Assembly (NCBI GenBank): GCA_035513275.1
Contig: DATKCJ010000187.1
Coordinates: forward strand, 1 to 23,540
Length of the DNA stretch: 23,540 nt
From: Opitutaceae bacterium
Lineage (GTDB): Bacteria > Verrucomicrobiota > Verrucomicrobiia > Opitutales > Opitutaceae
Reading direction: 5' to 3'
Positions 7,878-13,629 of the stretch are shown here, piece by piece (within the stretch, counting starts at the first letter, position 1; each line of letters starts with the position of its first letter). The notes below the pieces were generated by a model. It was given only the letters and a program-made list of their open reading frames with translations. It ran no database searches and was not told where the DNA came from. Both the position numbers and the translations under genes were made by a program.

Positions 7878-8516
7878 TCAATCGCCCGACGGCTTCTCCG
7901 CGACGAGTATCATGCTCATCCAAAGCCACGGGAATCGTCCGGCGCCGATGAACTTCGTGACTCGGAAGCCCTCCTCCTCGAGGAGCCTTGTGAGTGTCGC
8001 ACGCGACCAAAGCTTGATGTGCCCGCCGTCCCAGAACGGCGAGAGGTGATCGTCCCACTTGTCTGTGAGTGAAAGCATGAGGTTCTTCAGGTAGCCGTGA
8101 TAAGGTGTGCTCACGATCAGGAGTCCACCCGGCCGAAGAACCTGTTTAGCGAACTGCGGCAAGTGTCGTGGCATGGCGAGGTGCTCCACGACTTCCGTGG
8201 AGACGACGATATCGAAGCCGCGCTCGCCCAGTAGCGTCGGATCATCGTCGACGCCGAGCTGCTTGAACGTCGCGCCCGGGACGGACTCCGAGGCGATCCG
8301 AATACCCTCGCCGCTCGGGTCGCAGCCCACCGCGCTGAATCCTGCGTGGGCGAGCTCGCGGCAGAACGCTCCGTTGCCGCAGCCGAGATCGAGCACCCGC
8401 TTCGCACCGAACTGCGCGCAAGCGGCGAGGATTGGCTTCCACAAGTAGTCGCTGGTGTGCGCGGCATCCGCCGAGCCGTAGTGATACTCGCCAGGTGTTG
8501 CGTTTGAGGTGTTCAA
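7878..8516 (-). CDS. Class I SAM-dependent methyltransferase, 212 aa, translationally coupled to bshA. It is a candidate NmbA-like N-methyltransferase.
   Basis: Motif I VLDLGCGNGAF, the acidic post-I loop and motif II/III DIVVSTEVVEHL are present. The start lies 8 nt after the bshA stop. Confidence 0.8.
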   Translation of the reverse strand: MNTSNATPGEYHYGSADAAHTSDYLWKPILAACAQFGAKRVLDLGCGNGAFCRELAHAGFSAVGCDPSGEGIRIASESVPGATFKQLGVDDDPTLLGERGFDIVVSTEVVEHLAMPRHLPQFAKQVLRPGGLLIVSTPYHGYLKNLMLSLTDKWDDHLSPFWDGGHIKLWSRATLTRLLEEEGFRVTKFIGAGRFPWLWMSMILVAEKPSGD

Positions 8517-8524
8517 GATGGTCC

Positions 8525-9657
8525 TCAGCCCGCACAGACTCGCCGGTAGATCGCCTCGTAGCGCGGCACGATCGCGGCCGCGGAGAACCGATCATGCGCG
8601 CGGACACGTGCGGCATCGCCGAGCGTCGCACGTCGCGCAGGATCGCGGAGAAGAGACTCGATTGCGGCGGCCATCGCGCCTGTGTCGGGAAACGGCACGA
8701 GCAATCCGTGCTCGCCGCTCGTCACGACCTCGGGAATCCCGCCGACGGCGAACGCCACACTGGGACATCCGACGCTCATCAGCTCGAGGATGCTCAGGCA
8801 AAAGCTCTCAACTTCCGATGTGAACAGGCCCGCGTCGGCCGCCGCGAGATAGCCTTCGATGTCACTCACCTTCTCGCGCACCACGATCCGGTCGGCCACG
8901 CCGCGCTTCGCGGCCTCGGCGAGCAGCGGCGCGGGATCGCCGCCGGCAAGCACGACGAGTTTGAAGGCAATCCGAGGCTCGAGCCGCGCCACCACGTCGA
9001 CAAGCAGGTCGAGCCGTTTGAGCGGGCGCAGGTTCGAGAGGTGCAGAATCATCGCCTCGCCGTCGGTGAGACCAAGCTCGGCGCGAATATCCGAGCGCGC
9101 GTGCTCCGCTTTGCGCGGCTCGAAGAAATTGTGGACGACGTCGATCGGACTCTTCACGCCGAGAAGCCGCTGCGTCTCGCGACGCAAGAACTCGGAGACG
9201 GTTGTAATCGCATCGGACTGCTCGAGCGCGTGCGCGATTGCCGGACCGTAGCCCGGATCGCGCCCGAGCAGCGTGGTATCGGTGCCGTGGAGCGTGGTGA
9301 TGATCTTGAGCCTTCGCTCGGCATGAAGCATTTCACGCGCAAGGATCGCTGCGGTCGCGTGCGGCACCGCGTAGTGCACGTGCAGCACGTCGAGTGCGTG
9401 ATCGCGGCTCACCTCGGCCATCTTCACAGAGAGCGGAAGCGTGTAGTCGGGATACTTGAAAAGGTCGTAGCTGTTCACCACCACCGGGTGGAAGAACACG
9501 TTCGCGCGCCGCGGCATCCGAAACGGCTGCTCGTAGCTGATGAAGTGAATCTCGTGCCCGCGCGCCGCAAGCTCGTCGCCCAGCTCTGACGCGAGGATCC
9601 CGCTGCCGCCGACGGACGGGTAGCAGGTGATGCCGATTTTTAGCGGGCGATCAGGCA
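8525..9657 (-). CDS. bshA: BshA, N-acetyl-α-D-glucosaminyl L-malate synthase (GT4 glycosyltransferase of bacillithiol biosynthesis), about 377 aa.
   Basis: The N-terminus MPDRPLKIGITCYPSVGGSGILASELGDELAARGHEIHFIS matches the BshA hallmark KIGITCYPSVGGSG. The protein aligns with Bacillus BshA along its whole length (TTLHGTD, GGIPEV). The ATG at 9657 is preferred over the GTG at 9679. Confidence 0.85.
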
Positions 9658-9672
9658 TGAGGAGCGAGGTCT

Positions 9673-9924
9673 TAGCCACAGATTACAAAGATGGGCACAG
9701 AGGAGAGGAGTCGGAGATTTACCACAAAGGCACAGATACACAAAGGGGCACTCGGGTTGTGATTTCCCAGTCGGATTCATTCAGTCGAAAGTAGCTGCCG
9801 ACGTGAAGAGGCAGATGAAACGGTGGCTGCCAAAAGACCTGCCTCGTTACCTCGGCAGCTACGGGACTTTTGCGTAATCGATTGCATCGTTCCGGCTCTG
9901 TGTCTCTGTGCCTCTGTGGTGAAC
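9673..9924. repeat. Inverted pair of YCTCTGTG-octamer repeat elements in the bshB-bshA intergenic gap.
   Basis: The forward copy CTCTGTGTCTCTGTGCCTCTGTGGTGAAC is at 9896-9924. Reverse-orientation copies are at 9718-9745 (reverse complement CCTTTGTGTATCTGTGCCTTTGTGGTAA) and 9673-9702. A near-identical copy is at 17496-17524. Confidence 0.5.
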
Positions 9925-9943
9925 ATGATCGGGTCGGTTCCGA

Positions 9944-10672
9944 TCAGAATTGTCGTGCGGAGCGGGAGGCCGCCGCGAGCGACGAGAAGACCAGCGCATC
10001 ATTCGGCCACAGAGGCTGCGCATGCCCTACCCCGGCGCGCAGGCCGCAGACGCGCGCGCGGGCGAGCTGAAGATCGACATACGCGCGCGTCTTGAGTTGC
10101 GAAGCATGTGCGAGCATCGCCTTCGTCCACCGGTCGAGCGCCCTGCGGGCGGAGATGTCGATGAACACGGGTTGCGTGGAGGGCTCGGCGTCCGGCGAGA
10201 CGGCGTAGAAGAAGAGCTGGCCGACGGCATGCGGACGCCGCGCTTTGAGCGGAGCGAGTCCGCCGTAGCGCGCAAGACGCGAAGCATCGCGCACGATCTG
10301 CGCCAGCCGCCAGTGATCGGGGTGCTGGTTTCCCTCGAGCGTGGGCGCGAGGACGGTCGAGGGGCGCAGCCGCCGGATGATCCCCGCGAGCTTCATCGAG
10401 TGCGCCGCCTTCACCTCGAGCTGAGCGTCGCCATCGAGCTCGATGAACTCGATTGTCGCGCCAAGGAGCTTCGCCGCACGCTCCGCCTCGGCGATGCGAA
10501 TCGCCGGCGTGCCGTTGCTGCCAGCTTCGCCGCGCGAGCAAACCACCATGTGAACCCGCCGCCCGCCGAGCACCTCGGCAGCGACGACGCCGCCGCATCC
10601 GAACTCGATGTCGTCCGGATGCGCACCGAAGACCAAGAGTGGCGGTAACAATGAAGGGGCAGACTTTTTCAT
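9944..10672 (-). CDS. bshB: LmbE/PIG-L family deacetylase, probably BshB (N-acetylglucosaminyl-malate deacetylase), 242 aa.
   Basis: The zinc-binding motif VFGAHPDDIEFGCGG is present together with the downstream HPDH motif. Assignment to BshB rather than a generic LmbE rests on placement between bshA and the BshC-like gene. Confidence 0.65.
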   Translation of the reverse strand: MKKSAPSLLPPLLVFGAHPDDIEFGCGGVVAAEVLGGRRVHMVVCSRGEAGSNGTPAIRIAEAERAAKLLGATIEFIELDGDAQLEVKAAHSMKLAGIIRRLRPSTVLAPTLEGNQHPDHWRLAQIVRDASRLARYGGLAPLKARRPHAVGQLFFYAVSPDAEPSTQPVFIDISARRALDRWTKAMLAHASQLKTRAYVDLQLARARVCGLRAGVGHAQPLWPNDALVFSSLAAASRSARQF

Positions 10673-10692
10673 GGCAGGAGTCGCCTCGGCGA

Positions 10693-10713
10693 GATGTCAC
10701 CTATTAGGTGACA
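10693..10713. promoter_or_regulatory. Operator-like palindrome ATGTCACCTA-T-TAGGTGACAT. This is the proximal copy, 21-41 nt upstream of the bshB ATG.
   Basis: Perfect 9-bp inverted arms TGTCACCTA/TAGGTGACA surround one central T. The site is AT-rich in a GC-rich context and an identical copy lies 46 bp away. Confidence 0.55.
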
Positions 10714-10738
10714 TTTGCCCGGGGCGTTCTTCAGAGGG

Positions 10739-10758
10739 AATGTCACCTATTAGGTGAC
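10739..10758. promoter_or_regulatory. Second (distal) copy of the operator palindrome ATGTCACCTATTAGGTGACA.
   Basis: It matches the proximal copy exactly over 20 bp, centre to centre 46 bp, about 4.4 helical turns. It lies between the BshC-like stop (10826) and the bshB start (10672). Confidence 0.55.
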
Positions 10759-10825
10759 AAGTCGGCTTGGGATCGGCGGTGAGGGGCTTGAACGTATTAC
10801 GTTACAAACGGGATTGGGACGGCGG

Positions 10826-11605
10826 TCAGGAAGCTGGGACATCGGTGTAGGCTTCATCGGAGCGATCGATTGGGTCGCGGGCGACGTAGGTTATCTCAGG
10901 CGCGTCGGACTTGTTCAAGTATGCCTGCTCCCCTGCCCCGGCGATGTAGTGCGTGCAGAGCACGACCGACTGCATCCAGCGCAGCCGGGAGTCGCGCGTT
11001 GGGCTGATGTGCTCCCGGGTGAACGGGATGTGCGGAAGCGTGAGCCACGAGTCGCCGCCTTCGTGGAGCTTCAGGGCACCTTCGATGCAGCGAGCGCGCA
11101 CAATCTCACCCGAGTGCGGCACATCGACGAAGTAGTCACTCACCTCGCAGGCGTCGGCGCGGACCGCCGGGTCGCCCGAGCGCACAACTCGGATACCATC
11201 GAGCAGCCCCATCGCGCGATACATCGCCAGGCAAAAGTCCGCATGGTTCGTGGCTTGGACCGACTTGAATGCCTCGACCCAAAGCGGGGCCACGAAGTTC
11301 GGAAGCTGCCGCGCGGTGTTCGCCTGCCAGCCATCGGGGATGTGCTTCAGGAAGAGCGGCGAGTACTTGCGCTGAATCTTGTTCGCGAAGGTGAAGTTCA
11401 GCGCTTGCGCGCCGTCTGTCCGGCGTTCGCGGAGGATAGTCTGCGTCTCGCGGCAGTCATGGTCGCTGTCGTGGCAGAAGAAGACGATCTCGCCGCCAAT
11501 CTCGGACTGCAGCCTGCGCGCGGTGATGATCTTCGCGTAGAGGAACCGCCGCGGGAAGAATCCGCAGGGTTGTTGGCCGAAGCAGATGACGGGGGAGGAG
11601 GGCAA
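10826..11605 (-). CDS. Short homologue of the BshC N-terminal Rossmann-like domain, a putative cysteine-adding enzyme, 259 aa with a TTG start.
   Basis: VICFGQQPCGFFPRRFLYAKIITARRL...FFCHDSDHD aligns with BshC [24 protein letters not shown]...FWVAGEDHD. RVVRSGDPAVRA aligns with BshC LVLLNSGDPGIK. The protein is half the length of canonical BshC (about 540 aa), and both flanks are occupied so the gene cannot extend. An in-frame TAG at 11642-11644 was verified. Confidence 0.6.
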   Translation of the reverse strand: MPSSPVICFGQQPCGFFPRRFLYAKIITARRLQSEIGGEIVFFCHDSDHDCRETQTILRERRTDGAQALNFTFANKIQRKYSPLFLKHIPDGWQANTARQLPNFVAPLWVEAFKSVQATNHADFCLAMYRAMGLLDGIRVVRSGDPAVRADACEVSDYFVDVPHSGEIVRARCIEGALKLHEGGDSWLTLPHIPFTREHISPTRDSRLRWMQSVVLCTHYIAGAGEQAYLNKSDAPEITYVARDPIDRSDEAYTDVPAS

Positions 11606-11686
11606 AGTGAGAGTGAAAGTGAGAGTGAGAAGAAATGGGGCCTATAGGCCTTATGCGACCCATAGGACCTATGTGGCCTATGCGAC
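11606..11686. repeat. Intergenic repeat cluster made of a (CTCACT)x4 hexamer array abutting the TTG start, the 12-bp perfect palindrome GGCCTATAGGCC, and an approximately 27-bp tandem CCTAT(A/GT)GGCC(T)TATGCGAC repeat overlapping the symporter stop.
   Basis: 11606-11631 is GTGAGAGTGAAAGTGAGAGTGAGA. 11639-11650 is GGCCTATAGGCC. TATGCGAC occurs at 11652-11659 and 11679-11686. Confidence 0.45.
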
Positions 11687-13396
11687 TGAAGGAGCCCCGG
11701 AAGATGAGTGTCCTCGCGGCAGCACAGCCTGCAAAATGAGACTGAACACCACGCAGGCGATGCAGCCGATTGGGTTGAGCCAGAGGTAGGCGATGCCGAA
11801 CTTCGGGCCGAGGAAATAGAGCGCGATCACCACGATCTGCGCGGAGACCGCGGCCCAGAATACAGCGGTCCCACCGACTCGCTTGAAGAAGAACGCGACA
11901 ACGAAAACGCCAAGCAGCGCCGGATAGAAGATCGAGGCGACGATGTTCAGCGCCTCGATGAGGTTCTCCGCGAAGCTCACGAAGAGAGCGAAGCTGATCG
12001 CGAAGCATCCCCACAGCGCGGTCAGCCACTTCGCGACGCGGACGTTGCGCGCCTCGTCGTGCGCCGCGAGCGGACGGAAGCGCCGCCAGAGATCGATCGT
12101 GCTCGTGGTGCCGAGCGCGTTCAACTCGCCGGCCTTCGACGAGAGTGCCGAGGCGAACATGACGGCGATGAGCAGCCCGACGAGTCCTTGCGGGAGCTGG
12201 TTGAGGATGAAGTTGATGAAGACGTAGTCGGAGTCGCGCGTCTTCTTCGACTCCGGGGCCGCCGCGTGGAGCGCGGCGCGCGCCTCGTCACGGATCGCGG
12301 TGGATGCCCGCTGCGCGGCGGAAAGTGCCTCTCGCGCTGCGTTCTCGATCGACGGATCGCCCAACTCGCGCGCTGCGACGAACTCGCGGATCCGCTCCTG
12401 CTTGTCCGCGTGCGCCGTGGCATGGCGTTGCTCGAACTCCTGGAACTGCGCGGCGTTCGCACCGTTGACCTGCTGCTGCCAAGCAGCCTGGTTGAAGACA
12501 ACGGGCGTGCCTGCGTGAAACTGGTAGAACACGAAGAGCAGCGCACCGAGGATCACGATGAAAAACTGCATCGGGATCTTGAGGAGTGCGTTGAACATCA
12601 GCCCGAGTCGCCCTTCGCGGAGCGCGGCGCCGCCGATGTAGCGCTGCACCTGCGACTGGTCGGTGCCGAAATACGAGAGCGAGAGGAAGAAGCCGCCGAG
12701 GATGCCGCTCCAGATCGTGTAGCGCACGCGGAGGTCGGGGTTGTAGTCGACCGCCTCGAGCTTTCCCATCGCGCCGGCGATCGCGAACGCATCATCCGGC
12801 ACGCTGCGAACGAGGATGATGAACGCCGTGACCATGCCGCCGAAGATGACGGCCATCTGCCATTTCTGCGTGAGGTTCACTGCAGCGCTGCCGCCGGTGA
12901 CGGTGTAGACGATCGCAAGGACGCCGGTGAAGATGATCGTGAGATCGAGCCGCCAGCCGAACACCGTCGAGAGGATGATCGCCGGCGCGTAGATCGTGAT
13001 ACCGCTCTGCAGGCCGCGTTGGAGGAGAAAGATGCCGGCGCCGAGGAGCCGTGTTTTCCCATCGAAACGCCGGCCGAGGTATTCGTAGGCGGTGTAGACA
13101 CCGAGCTTGCGGTAGATCGGCAGGAAGACCGCGCACACGAGGATGAGCGCGAGCGGCAGGCCGAAATAATTCTGGATGAATGCGATTCCGTTTTCGTAAG
13201 CCTGGCCTGGAAGCGAGAGGTAAGTGATTGTGCTCGCCTGTGTGGCCATGACCGAGATGCCGATCGTGGCCCAGCCCGTAGTCTGGTTGCCCTTGAGGTA
13301 GGTGTTGAGATTTCGCGTGTGACGCGTGCGCCAAGTGCCGTAGGCCGCGATGCCGACCATGGTCCCGAGCAGGACGAACCAGTCGAGGGCGTTCAT
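11678..13396 (-). CDS. Sodium:solute symporter (SSS/SLC5) family transporter, 572 aa, with an approximately 90-aa hydrophilic Ala/Arg/Glu/Gln-rich insertion between helices.
   Basis: The N-terminal helix pattern includes the conserved SSS segments GWATIGISVMATQASTITYLSLPGQAY and YTAYEYLGRRF. The insertion covers residues about 302-392 (coordinates about 12221-12493). The start overlaps the upstream small ORF by ATGA. Confidence 0.85.
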   Translation of the reverse strand: MNALDWFVLLGTMVGIAAYGTWRTRHTRNLNTYLKGNQTTGWATIGISVMATQASTITYLSLPGQAYENGIAFIQNYFGLPLALILVCAVFLPIYRKLGVYTAYEYLGRRFDGKTRLLGAGIFLLQRGLQSGITIYAPAIILSTVFGWRLDLTIIFTGVLAIVYTVTGGSAAVNLTQKWQMAVIFGGMVTAFIILVRSVPDDAFAIAGAMGKLEAVDYNPDLRVRYTIWSGILGGFFLSLSYFGTDQSQVQRYIGGAALREGRLGLMFNALLKIPMQFFIVILGALLFVFYQFHAGTPVVFNQAAWQQQVNGANAAQFQEFEQRHATAHADKQERIREFVAARELGDPSIENAAREALSAAQRASTAIRDEARAALHAAAPESKKTRDSDYVFINFILNQLPQGLVGLLIAVMFASALSSKAGELNALGTTSTIDLWRRFRPLAAHDEARNVRVAKWLTALWGCFAISFALFVSFAENLIEALNIVASIFYPALLGVFVVAFFFKRVGGTAVFWAAVSAQIVVIALYFLGPKFGIAYLWLNPIGCIACVVFSLILQAVLPRGHSSSGAPSVA

Positions 13397-13536
13397 GCGA
13401 AGTAGCGCGTGAAAATCGTCAGGCCGATGACGACGAGGACGAATACGCCGAACACGAAGAGGTAAATGCCGCGCCAGGTTCGGAAGCCGGGCACGCCGGG
13501 CGGCGCGTGGTCGTCGTCGGGATCGGGCGCGTTCAT
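13393..13536 (-). CDS. Small membrane protein associated with SSS transporters (DUF4212/DUF3311-like small subunit), about 47 aa. An alternative longer start at 13629 is possible.
   Basis: MNAPDPDDDHAPPGVPGFRTWRGIYLFVFGVFVLVVIGLTIFTRYFA has a single transmembrane helix. Its stop overlaps the symporter start, which is the typical small-subunit/SSS arrangement. Confidence 0.45.
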   Translation of the reverse strand: MNAPDPDDDHAPPGVPGFRTWRGIYLFVFGVFVLVVIGLTIFTRYFA

Positions 13537-13629
13537 TTGGTAGGGCGCGACCGATGGGCGCGCCGAGGGTTTTCGCGGCGAGCTCCCGCCTTGGCGGGAT
13601 CCTGCCCTACCCCAAGACGCGGATTCCAC

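Noticed and set aside
8432-9589. 385-aa plus-strand ORF covering almost all of bshA on the opposite strand.
   Set aside because: It is Arg/His/Asp-rich with low complexity and no motif. This is the typical antisense artefact of a high-GC gene, whereas the minus-strand frame gives a full-length BshA match.
9950-10648. 232-aa plus-strand and 233-aa minus-strand alternative ORFs overlapping bshB.
   Set aside because: Both are Arg-rich junk. The 9944..10672 minus frame carries the AHPDDxE LmbE motif.
10754-11647. 297-aa plus-strand ORF antisense to the BshC-like gene and running into the operator region.
   Set aside because: Gly/Arg-rich with no motifs. The minus-strand frame carries the BshC-like GQQ and SGDP blocks.
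11457-12029. 190-aa minus-strand ORF containing an SHSHFHSH segment upstream of the BshC-like start. It was considered as a possible His-rich N-terminal extension of BshC-like.
   Set aside because: It is in a different reading frame from the BshC-like ORF. The BshC-like frame has a TAG at 11642-11644, so no extension is possible.
11708-13405. 565-aa plus-strand ORF antisense to the SSS transporter.
   Set aside because: Extreme Arg/Asp/Glu composition with no hydrophobic segments. The minus strand encodes a coherent 13-14-helix transporter.
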